Made by a program: the position numbers and the translations under genes. The notes below the pieces were generated by a model, which made no database searches, was not told where the DNA came from, and was given only the letters and a program-made list of their open reading frames with translations. This document shows, in pieces, positions 1-8,312 of a DNA stretch of 18,981 nucleotides. Positions within the stretch are counted from its first letter, which is position 1. Each line of letters opens with the position of its first letter. The DNA lies in the NCBI GenBank assembly GCA_965369865.1, contig CBDURU010000068.1:1-18981 (forward strand), read 5' to 3'. This DNA is from an uncultured bacterium (GTDB lineage: Bacteria > JAJVIF01 > JAPKYR01).

Positions 1-26
1 ATACCATTCCATTTTTATATTTCCTT

Positions 27-96
27 TTTCAGGTGCGCCGACTTTCTTGTGGGAATCAATCATTAAAGGCCGACTGTTTTGTCGGCGCACCTGAAA
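27..96. repeat. Perfect 16-bp inverted repeat (TTTCAGGTGCGCCGAC 27-42 / GTCGGCGCACCTGAAA 81-96) with a 38-bp spacer; REP/MITE-like or 3' stem-loop
   Basis: The arms are exact reverse complements read directly from the sequence; the element ends 13 nt beyond the serpin stop codon. Confidence 0.8.
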
Positions 97-109
97 TAAT
101 CGAAGGCTT

Positions 110-1420
110 CTACACAGGATTTACAACGCGTCCAATGAATAAAATCGCTCCGGTCGGAATATCCCGGATGAAGAAAATAAACGGACGATTTACATTGAAT
201 TCCACGCTTTCGGGTATTGAAACCTCACCGATAATTACAGCAGTCGCGGCAGCGGCTTCGGTACCCTCCTCATCGACAGCAATAAATGCTTTATGAACGA
301 CATCCGTGATATACAACAGGTGCGACCCATCCATTCCGGAGAAATCAGCCAGGCCGCCGGTGAATGCATCGGTCATTCCCATATCCTGGAGTGTTTGAGT
401 AAGGCTGAATTCCGACTCGTACTCGAACTTTGGAAGCCAGAGCACTACCGACCTCGTGCTCATATTACCCGAAATACCAGAAATAAACTGGACATCGAGT
501 GATGATTCAATTTCTTTAAAACGCCCGGAATCGGGGAGGATTACCGTCATCGACAGTTCTTCCCCGTCGTAGAGCATTTCGCATGCCTTGTAGCCATCGC
601 CCACCATGTAACCATGATTTTCGGTTTCAACCATCATGTTAGCCGTGACAGGACTGCCGTCGAACAGGTAGAAATCCATGGGGAATGTATTTTCAACCAG
701 GAACGGGGCCAGCCACGATGCGTTGAAATAAATCGCATTAACAAGAACCAGCCTCGTATCAGTACCGATAATACCCGGCGGGAGCAGATCCTTGATTTTT
801 TCTTCCGTCCTGTCCTCGACCCAGTCATTGATAATAATCCGGCATTCATCGGGTTTGGCCATGAAGTCCACCATGCGCATACCGGCGCCGTAATTGACCG
901 CCATGATATCGAGGAACGGAGTCTGCCACGTCCATCCTATCTGTCCCCATGTCGAGTTTGCGATGTTGAGCTGGACCGGGTCGCCGCCGTTAGTTGGAGT
1001 TTCAGCCCTTGAATGAAGCTCGAGATCGAGTTTATTAAACGCGGGATGGAGATCGGCCTGTTCCATGGTAAAGTGCATTACATCGGCCATCTGGACTTCC
1101 GTATTCTCGCGAGCGCCGGCGATTGTCATGGCAAGCGCCTGGGAAATACTGAAGGGGGAGAAGAAAAGATTCCCATCCTCGACCATCAACTGCTTATACA
1201 GATCGAATGCGAGTTCCGTGTTGCCAGCAACAAGTTCTTCAAGGTTGGGTCCCGGGACCAGCGGATTTTCATCTCTTGGTAAATCCGATGCCGCGAACAC
1301 GTACTTATCGCTCGGGTCATCCGGCGGCAGATTTGGATTCGCATTGCTGCTTCCCCCACATGAAATAACCATCAGGATCAAACCAGCGAGGATTAAAATT
1401 ATTAATTGTTTTGGATGCAT
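110..1420 (-). CDS. Serpin (serine protease inhibitor), lipoprotein
   Basis: Serpin motifs NLFFSPFSI, LVLVNAIYF, LPKF, hinge/RCL EEGTEAAAATAV and C-terminal FNVNRPFIFFIRD..ILFIGRV; N-terminal signal peptide with lipobox VIS-C; SD GGGAGG at 1427-1432. Confidence 0.96.
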   Translation of the reverse strand: MHPKQLIILILAGLILMVISCGGSSNANPNLPPDDPSDKYVFAASDLPRDENPLVPGPNLEELVAGNTELAFDLYKQLMVEDGNLFFSPFSISQALAMTIAGARENTEVQMADVMHFTMEQADLHPAFNKLDLELHSRAETPTNGGDPVQLNIANSTWGQIGWTWQTPFLDIMAVNYGAGMRMVDFMAKPDECRIIINDWVEDRTEEKIKDLLPPGIIGTDTRLVLVNAIYFNASWLAPFLVENTFPMDFYLFDGSPVTANMMVETENHGYMVGDGYKACEMLYDGEELSMTVILPDSGRFKEIESSLDVQFISGISGNMSTRSVVLWLPKFEYESEFSLTQTLQDMGMTDAFTGGLADFSGMDGSHLLYITDVVHKAFIAVDEEGTEAAAATAVIIGEVSIPESVEFNVNRPFIFFIRDIPTGAILFIGRVVNPV

Positions 1421-1449
1421 GTTTTTCCTCCCAGAAGGTACACAACAAA

Positions 1450-1478
1450 AAGTTACAAGACAATACGTGATTTGTCAA
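1450..1478 (-). promoter_or_regulatory. Sigma70-type promoter of the serpin gene
   Basis: Minus strand TTGACA (1478-1473), 17-nt spacer, TAACTT (1455-1450), upstream of the SD. Confidence 0.65.
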
Positions 1479-1543
1479 TGGGAACCTGTGGACTTTTGTG
1501 TATTATTTGCAGTCGGACCTATTATTGAGTTTTAGAGAGATGA

Positions 1544-2794
1544 TCACTCGTACCTGAGCGATGTTATCGGATCGAGTCTTGCAGCATTGACCGCGGGATA
1601 TACACCGAAAATTACTCCGATCAGGGTTGAGAATAATACTGCCACGATAACGCTGGTCACGCTGATGGTCGGTTCCCAGCCGGCATCGGATAACGCCTGG
1701 TTTATCAGGGCGGACAGCCCGGAAGCACCGAGCCAGCCAAGGCCCATCCCAAGAATTCCACCGAGAAGGCAGAGGACGATGGATTCGATGAGGAACTGGA
1801 AGAGGATATCGACCTGGCGTGCCCCGATAGCTTTACGAAGGCCAATTTCGCGTGTCCGCTCGGTAACATTCACAAGCATGATATTCATGATCCCGATACC
1901 ACCGACAAGGAGACTGACAGCCGCCACCCCACCGAGAACCATTGTCAGGATATCGACGAATTGCCCGAATTCCTCCAGCGCGTCTGTCTGGGACATAACA
2001 ATGAAGTTCTCGTCGTCCGGGTCATTGATTCGTCTTATGCGGTTAAGCCCCCTGGTGACATCCTCCTTAACAATTTCAACATCCTGCATATTACCGACCT
2101 TCAGGGTGATGTATGTAATTTCATCACCTATACCAAAAAGCCTTTGCTGGGCTACACTGATAGGCACCACAACAGATTCATCAGGATTGTTTCCAATCCC
2201 CCCTCCTCTTTCCGCTGCGACACCGGCCACCTCGAATCTTACATTCCCGATGTCGACCGTTTCCCCGATCGGATCGTTCGTGCCGAACAGGTCTTCGGCT
2301 GTCTGGCTGCCGAGGATCGCTACCCGTCGGGAACCTGAAATTTCACCAGGTGACAGCCATCGTCCTTCCGCCAGGTCCAGATCGTAAAGTTCGTTGTAAT
2401 ACTCATCGATGCCCTCTACCGAGACGAACTGGCTTTCACGTCCGAAGCTGACAACCTGTTCGCCTGCTACAGTTGCCGTCAACACCACAGGAATCCTTAA
2501 TGCAGCTTCAATCGCCCTGACCTCACTGTCAGTAAACGGTTTTGGCGTGTAATACCCGCGTCGCCCGGCCTGGGTACGAGATTCGTTATCGGACATCGTA
2601 GGAACTACCCAGACGAGGTTGGTACCAAGCTCATCGACCTGCTTGGTTACTTCCGCCCTCAAGCCTTCCGCAAGGGCGGTAATAGTAATCACGGCGCCGA
2701 TCCCGATAATGATTCCAAGCAGAGCGAGAAAACTCCTGCCCTTGTTAATCAGGAGACCGCGGAGCGCCAGTTTGAATGAGTTTAAAAGTTGCAT
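1544..2794 (-). CDS. ABC transporter permease, MacB/FtsX family
   Basis: N-terminal RSFLALLGIIIGIGAVI helix, extracytoplasmic domain (LAEGRWL, VAILG, PIGETV), signature GGIGIMNIMLVNVTERTREIGLRKAIGA and C-terminal GVYPAVNAARLDPITSLRYE. Confidence 0.96.
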   Translation of the reverse strand: MQLLNSFKLALRGLLINKGRSFLALLGIIIGIGAVITITALAEGLRAEVTKQVDELGTNLVWVVPTMSDNESRTQAGRRGYYTPKPFTDSEVRAIEAALRIPVVLTATVAGEQVVSFGRESQFVSVEGIDEYYNELYDLDLAEGRWLSPGEISGSRRVAILGSQTAEDLFGTNDPIGETVDIGNVRFEVAGVAAERGGGIGNNPDESVVVPISVAQQRLFGIGDEITYITLKVGNMQDVEIVKEDVTRGLNRIRRINDPDDENFIVMSQTDALEEFGQFVDILTMVLGGVAAVSLLVGGIGIMNIMLVNVTERTREIGLRKAIGARQVDILFQFLIESIVLCLLGGILGMGLGWLGASGLSALINQALSDAGWEPTISVTSVIVAVLFSTLIGVIFGVYPAVNAARLDPITSLRYE

Positions 2795-2806
2795 GATTCA
2801 AGATGG

Positions 2807-2836
2807 ATGTTACCACAAGCCATGGGACACTGACAG
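2807..2836 (-). promoter_or_regulatory. Extended -10 promoter candidate for the permease gene
   Basis: Minus strand TG-G-TAACAT (hexamer 2812-2807), 12 nt before the ATG; weak -35 CTGTCA at 18-nt spacing; no clear SD. Confidence 0.4.
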
Positions 2837-3288
2837 GATATAAAAGTTGCGAACGGCCAGGGAAATCTGGTTGAAATCAATATTCAGCCTCTCTACAGGC
2901 TGGAAATTGAAAGGATATCGCGAATAATACGGTTGAATTCAAACCTGTTCAGCAGAATGTTCAAATATGGTGTTCTGAAAAAAAAATATGGTCTTTATTA
3001 AACCATTGTCCGCAATGTGCGGAACAAAGGAAATATTTGCACATAATTACAAAAAAAAAACGAATAAAAAAGCTTATTTGTAGAATTATTTTCATTAAAG
3101 TTAAGTAATAAATTTGCGATGGGTACGCGTTGTAGAGCCGATGGAATGTGGAGTTACAGTAAATATAACGGAATGGAAATGCCATAAAATCAGATTAATA
3201 ATAAAGACAGTTTGTGTCTTATAGTGAAATTTCAATCGTGTGAACTCAATAGTAAAGTCAGAGAAACACTCGCGAAGCGGGAGGAATT

Positions 3289-4812
3289 TTGATAATGATA
3301 AAACTCAGAACAAATTTAGTATTGTTATGGACAGTTCTGATTCTGGGTCTGATATTAGCAGGAGCATGTTCTAATAATAATCCTACGACACCGGACCCAT
3401 CAGATGTCCTGGGATTGGACCCGAGTGGAGCGCCTGAAATCCAGGCACTTATTGACAGTTACACCACCTTGAGAGATCAGGGCGGCGGTGTCATCTCAGA
3501 ACCGGATCCTGACGCAAGTGCAATCATTGGCACTTTCGATCGCTATTCTGGTGACGCCATTTGGGAGACGAGCCTGACAATCAGTGAGAATGACGGGACC
3601 GTGACTCATATAGATTTTACAGACATGATAATTATACCGTCACTGGATTACCCGATTACTGTAACCGTCAGTTCTCCAGGATGTGTGCAGAAGACAATCT
3701 ACCAGACTAACTCCAATGTAATCGCCATACCAATGGATCTCATGGACAATGGGTATCCACGGGCCTTTGTGATTGGATTTTCTTTCAACAATGGTTTCGA
3801 CCCACCGGAGGAGGAACCGTGGGCGGTACAGGCATCCAGTTCACACCTTGGGTGTGACTGGGACAAGACAATTGGGATGGAAGGTTCATCCCCTGGCACT
3901 TTACTCACAGTGAACCCCTGGCAGAATGTCGGCTGTATTGCATTCCTTTACGGGCTAATTGATCCACCCCCAGTCTCTCCCCCCTCAGATCCTGTCGATC
4001 CCTGGGAACGGTTTGAACTGACCGGCTATTCATGGTCCAATATCGGTAGCCTGGTGCCGGAAGCTATTGGCGGCTGGATTATAAACCTTACAGAAGAAGG
4101 ACAAGGGACTGATTATGGTTCAGCTAACTACAGTTTCGCTTATACTCCACCTACACCTGATAGCGGAGCGTTAGCAAATCACATTGCGGATTTAACTATC
4201 CTTCCTGGTGGTTCAAAGGATGCCTCCAGCGAGTTTATTCCTTACTATCCTTTGGTTGACCTTGATGCAGTTGATACAGGTTCAGGTCCTGACGGTACGT
4301 ACGACCTGAATGCTTTCCTGCCGCCAGTATCGGTTGACAGGATTCTTATTATGGCAACCGCTGATTACAGCGATGGATGCTTCGAACGCCAGTTTGCAAC
4401 ATGGGATCCGGCAGGTGCCGTACCCGATATTACTTTCGGTATTCCTGCTTCCACTGATTCGGCGGTACTTTTCATGGATCAACCCCACCTTACTTTCGAT
4501 TGTGCGTGGACTGACGCGACTCCTGGCGGAACTCCCGGGTTCCAGGTTGTTACGGTCGTCAGAGGTGATTATACAATCTGGGAGCTGTATGTTGGTACCG
4601 ATGCCAGGGATGTTGCTTTCGATCTCATGGGCGATATCAACGAAAGTCTAGCCCCTGATGTCAATGAAGACCTGGGAGGTAACGACTACGGTCTGTCAGT
4701 CAATATCACTCGCTATAACAGTGCTGGTATCATCCTTGATGATTTTGATTTCCAGAGAGTATGGGCTAATTCAACATCATGGATCACAGGCCTTACTCAA
4801 CCAGTTGATTAG
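3289..4812 (+). CDS. Hypothetical acidic lipoprotein (start TTG 3289 or ATG 3295)
   Basis: 507-aa ORF; SD GGAGG at 3280-3284; signal peptide with lipobox AGA-C followed by SNNNPTTPDP; followed by a terminator. No family recognised. Confidence 0.85.
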   Translation: MIMIKLRTNLVLLWTVLILGLILAGACSNNNPTTPDPSDVLGLDPSGAPEIQALIDSYTTLRDQGGGVISEPDPDASAIIGTFDRYSGDAIWETSLTISENDGTVTHIDFTDMIIIPSLDYPITVTVSSPGCVQKTIYQTNSNVIAIPMDLMDNGYPRAFVIGFSFNNGFDPPEEEPWAVQASSSHLGCDWDKTIGMEGSSPGTLLTVNPWQNVGCIAFLYGLIDPPPVSPPSDPVDPWERFELTGYSWSNIGSLVPEAIGGWIINLTEEGQGTDYGSANYSFAYTPPTPDSGALANHIADLTILPGGSKDASSEFIPYYPLVDLDAVDTGSGPDGTYDLNAFLPPVSVDRILIMATADYSDGCFERQFATWDPAGAVPDITFGIPASTDSAVLFMDQPHLTFDCAWTDATPGGTPGFQVVTVVRGDYTIWELYVGTDARDVAFDLMGDINESLAPDVNEDLGGNDYGLSVNITRYNSAGIILDDFDFQRVWANSTSWITGLTQPVD

Positions 4813-4858
4813 TGGAATCACCTGAACCGGGTAACTTAAACCCAATTAAAAAATATGA

Positions 4859-4894
4859 TAAAAACAGCCCTGGAAAGATCCGGGGCTTTTTTTT
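4859..4894. terminator. Intrinsic terminator, probably bidirectional
   Basis: Stem AGCCCTGGA (4866-4874) / TCCGGGGCT (4879-4887) with loop AAGA, a T8 run downstream and an A run upstream; sits between convergent genes. Confidence 0.85.
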
Positions 4895-4917
4895 ATCCCA
4901 TATTACTTCAGTGCCGT

Positions 4918-5541
4918 TTAAATCCGTCGGGATTTGCGAGGGAAGTTCTCCGGGAGCTCAGTTGATAACGAGCTTCTCTCGACCTTGTATCCAGGTTTAT
5001 AAGCCGGAGGTTCAAAAGGTTTTTCGACCTCCGGCGGTTCCTCCCGTACTTTTTCAGGGTCTTTTTCAGCCTTATCATCTTCGGGAATTACCAAAGTTGC
5101 CAGCAGTTCAGCTTCATTTGTTTTATGTGAACCTGTTAAATCGGCAGGAGATTCAAGGGACTCAAGAAGAGTGGTATTATCCAAATCCGGTTCATATTCC
5201 GCGATCGCCTGATTGGAATTTCCCATGGGTTCCATATCTTTAACCTGTTCCTCTTTTTCCCGTTCCGCTTTCTCCTTGAGAATCATGGTTTTCAGTTCTT
5301 CACGGCTCAGGAACTCGTACTGCGAGACAGGGTCCCATTTACTGTGTTTTCCCTTGAGTACTTTCCCCGACTTCTTCCTGTTATCCCGCATGCGATAATA
5401 GTGCATGAGCATAAGGATGATAAGCAGTGCCCCGATTACGACCACAGAGATTCCAAGGTTATTCAGTATGTTCAGGTTACCGGTCGGAGTGCCGGGCCTT
5501 AAAGGAATTTGAATTAAAGCGATTAATAGAAACATCGTCAT
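4918..5541 (-). CDS. Hypothetical membrane-anchored protein with a charged, probably disordered tail
   Basis: 207 aa; hydrophobic segment LGISVVVIGALLIILMLM followed by a basic patch and an E/K/P-rich tail; co-oriented downstream of def. Confidence 0.75.
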   Translation of the reverse strand: MTMFLLIALIQIPLRPGTPTGNLNILNNLGISVVVIGALLIILMLMHYYRMRDNRKKSGKVLKGKHSKWDPVSQYEFLSREELKTMILKEKAEREKEEQVKDMEPMGNSNQAIAEYEPDLDNTTLLESLESPADLTGSHKTNEAELLATLVIPEDDKAEKDPEKVREEPPEVEKPFEPPAYKPGYKVERSSLSTELPENFPRKSRRI

Positions 5542-5562
5542 GACTCTTATTCAATGATTTGC

Positions 5563-5850
5563 CTATAGCGGTTCTCCCTCGAGATATCCATCGTCCGGTT
5601 TCTGATTTTCAGCCTTATCTTCATTATTGTTTTCACTGTCCGTACGCAGTTCAATTTTCCGAGCTGCAAGTGCTTCCATTTCTACGCGCAAGTTATCATT
5701 ATCCAGTTCATTTTTCATTTTACCCTGGTACATAAACCTGTTCCGGATCCACACAATAAGAAAGATAAACGTCGCCAGCCCTATTCCAGGAATAATCGAC
5801 ATCTTGAATATTTCCAGAACATCAATCTTGTCCAACCGTCTGATCTCCAC
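5563..5850 (-). CDS. Small hypothetical membrane protein (start uncertain: GTG 5850 or ATG 5802)
   Basis: One TM segment IIPGIGLATFIFLIVWI and a charged C-terminus; fills the gap between def and the next gene. Confidence 0.6.
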   Translation of the reverse strand: MEIRRLDKIDVLEIFKMSIIPGIGLATFIFLIVWIRNRFMYQGKMKNELDNDNLRVEMEALAARKIELRTDSENNNEDKAENQKPDDGYLEGEPL

Positions 5851-6619
5851 CTATAGTATTAACAAGCTCTTGAGCAATATCGCTCTCATTATCATTAGAT
5901 GCGGTTAGAGGCTCTTCAGATTCCTCATTCTCAGTATCCATGATTTCCCGGAGTGTGCCTTCCTCGGCGCGATCCGTAAACAGAATGCCGTCCAGATGGT
6001 CGATTTCATGCTGGACACATCGCGCTTCCAGGCCGGACACTGTCTTTACAAATTTTTTCATTTCAATGTCGTATGCCTGGAAGGTCACATTCATTGCCCT
6101 GTCAACTTTCGCCTGCCAGCCTTCCTTCGACAGGCACCCCTCATCGTCGATAATAGATCCTTCCTTTGAAATAATCCTGGGATTTATGCAGGCGAAATAA
6201 TCCCCTGTGTAAACACAACTGATCTCTTTATCATTCTCGGATTTATCATTTTCATCCCCGGATTCATCCTTACCCGGGTGCTCAGCGGCTTCGGAAAATT
6301 TACCTGGTTCGGTTTCGTGATTCACCTCGTCTGCCTGGCTGGTTTCACCAGGCTCTTCATCTGGGTTACCCTCAATTTCATCTACCACAAGTACCGGAAT
6401 TTCATACACAAAAAAACGTTTCTGCACGCCGACCTGTATCGCGGACAGCCCGATCCCGTTCTTGATAACCATGGTGTCGTACATGTCGGTGATAAGTTTC
6501 TTTAAATTTTCATCGACATGAGTCACCCTCCGGCTTGTCTTTCGAAGGATTGGATCGGAATCAGGTAATATTTCAAGTATGTCCATAAGCCGTATACCGC
6601 TGGATACATCGATTTTCAC
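5822..6619 (-). CDS. def: Peptide deformylase with acidic insertion (start GTG 6619 or ATG 6586)
   Basis: All three PDF motifs are present: GIGLSAIQVG, EGCLS and QHEIDHLDG; also DPILRK and INPRII. Confidence 0.95.
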   Translation of the reverse strand: MKIDVSSGIRLMDILEILPDSDPILRKTSRRVTHVDENLKKLITDMYDTMVIKNGIGLSAIQVGVQKRFFVYEIPVLVVDEIEGNPDEEPGETSQADEVNHETEPGKFSEAAEHPGKDESGDENDKSENDKEISCVYTGDYFACINPRIISKEGSIIDDEGCLSKEGWQAKVDRAMNVTFQAYDIEMKKFVKTVSGLEARCVQHEIDHLDGILFTDRAEEGTLREIMDTENEESEEPLTASNDNESDIAQELVNTIGGDQTVGQD

Positions 6620-6830
6620 TAAGTTTATTATACCTCAAATCGAGAACTCTTAACCAATAAGTAAGGGGATGGGTGATTTTCAGGTTGATGACTGGTAAAC
6701 TATTATGTACAGGGGCGGTCATATTGAATCTCTACACCGGAATTTTGAACCAGGTAAGAGGCGATTGGGTCTCTAATTACGGCTGGTGGGGAAATCCGAT
6801 GCTTAGAGATAAGACAGCGGTGATTTCGGC

Positions 6831-7457
6831 ATGTTAAAAACCTTAAAAATATTCACGGTTGGCGCCTTAATGCTGGTGCTTCCGGTTTTGTCGTCAACAC
6901 CTGTTCTTGTGAGCTGTTCAGGTGGTGGTGGAAAGGGGATTCCCAGTCCGGGGAAATCATTTTCAGCCGACCTTGATTCGGCATCACCAAACAGGCCCGT
7001 TGCAAGTGTGGCGGAATCTAATGTGACCATCGATTCATACCAGACCCGTGAACCGTCCGGGCAGGACCCATTCGGCCTTATTCCGACCGGCTGGATCGAT
7101 GACTGTCCACTGCATCCGAAATCATATGTTGCCCACAGTGGCAGACTTGGATATATGGGTTTTTACCTTGTGACACTTGTCTCACCGGATGAGGCGACAA
7201 TTCCCGGTGTTCAGAGTTATCATCTGGAAACACTGACCGACTGGGGAAGCATCCAGGTGAATGAGGACCTGGAGGAGACGGATAGTGCGCCAGGCAAGCT
7301 GACAATCACAGCTTATAAACCGGAATGTGAACTCGTGATTATTTCAGAAATTGCCGGTACTGAATTTATTTCAAATCTCGAGCACAACCTTTACTGGCTT
7401 GAACGTGTAGGTCCAAAACCGCTGGTAATTCGCATCTTCTACACTCCTTTGAACTAA
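6831..7457 (+). CDS. Hypothetical exported protein, probable lipoprotein
   Basis: 208 aa; basic N-terminus, long hydrophobic stretch, LVS-C followed by SGGGG; divergent from def. Confidence 0.75.
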   Translation: MLKTLKIFTVGALMLVLPVLSSTPVLVSCSGGGGKGIPSPGKSFSADLDSASPNRPVASVAESNVTIDSYQTREPSGQDPFGLIPTGWIDDCPLHPKSYVAHSGRLGYMGFYLVTLVSPDEATIPGVQSYHLETLTDWGSIQVNEDLEETDSAPGKLTITAYKPECELVIISEIAGTEFISNLEHNLYWLERVGPKPLVIRIFYTPLN

Positions 7458-7515
7458 AAAATATAAATTCGGTCTCTAAATATGCTTCGGTGGGTTGTGT
7501 ATTCGGCGCGGGTAC

Positions 7516-7543
7516 TTGACTTTGATATTTGAATGGTTATCCT
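7516..7543 (+). promoter_or_regulatory. Sigma70-type promoter candidate
   Basis: TTGACT (7516-7521), 16-nt spacer, TATCCT (7538-7543), about 50 nt before ATG 7593. Confidence 0.45.
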
Positions 7544-7592
7544 GATTTCAGGGGGATGGCAGGTTGAGGTCAGCTAAGCTGGTTGATGAAAA

Positions 7593-8312
7593 ATGCGATT
7601 TCCGGTTCATATATTATTGTTGTTTGTTCTGGTAACGGCCACTGTTGCATGTGGATTAAATCCAGGAAGGCGTTCGCAGGCTCTGCAGGAAATTCAATCT
7701 CGAGTGATGACTGATTCCGAAACTGCAGATGAGGAGCCTGAGGGTGGATATGATGTGTCGACTGATGAGCTGGAGGCCCTTGAAAGCCTTGGATATATCA
7801 GTCCGGCGGAAGGAAATACCGCGGCAAGGGAGAGGGGGGAATCGGTGGATGAAGAATCCGGAGAAACCGATCAACCCGATCCCGATTCTGGCGAACCTGG
7901 GAGCGAGGATGAAGATTCTGAACTTGAAAACGGGATTCAACCGGGTATCAGCAGTGAAACTTCCAGAATGTCTTCACTGAATGATGAACTGATACCCGTG
8001 GGATGGCCGGACTACCTTCCGATAATAACCGGCTTTAATATTACGTACACCGGTCAGACACAATCCGAAATGTACGTCATAGCGTACGGAGAGGGGCCGG
8101 TAGATGTTGTGAGGGAGTTTTACATGAATCTACCGGATTGGGAATTGTCGCCGTTACCTGAACTGTTACAAGGAGATCAGGACACGGAGTACGAAGGGGA
8201 AGATGAATTGTACTATTTTGTGCATGGGGACGAAGCATTTATTTTCTCTGTATATACCGTCAATGAGAAGACAAGATTAAACTTGATGTACTCAGAAAAG
8301 AAACCTGAATAG
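7593..8312 (+). CDS. Hypothetical acidic lipoprotein
   Basis: 239 aa; signal peptide with lipobox TVA-C; long D/E-rich linker; C-terminal globular part beginning LIPVGWPDYLPI. Confidence 0.8.
   Translation: MRFPVHILLLFVLVTATVACGLNPGRRSQALQEIQSRVMTDSETADEEPEGGYDVSTDELEALESLGYISPAEGNTAARERGESVDEESGETDQPDPDSGEPGSEDEDSELENGIQPGISSETSRMSSLNDELIPVGWPDYLPIITGFNITYTGQTQSEMYVIAYGEGPVDVVREFYMNLPDWELSPLPELLQGDQDTEYEGEDELYYFVHGDEAFIFSVYTVNEKTRLNLMYSEKKPE

Noticed and set aside
1587..2387. 266-aa + strand ORF
   Set aside because: Antisense shadow of the well-supported permease gene with no recognisable motifs.
2961..3185. 74-aa minus-strand ORF in the AT-rich region
   Set aside because: Its F/I/Y-rich composition simply reflects the poly-A tracts, and there is no clear SD.
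4812..5243. 143-aa + strand ORF
   Set aside because: It runs through the terminator and is antisense to the 4918-5541 gene.
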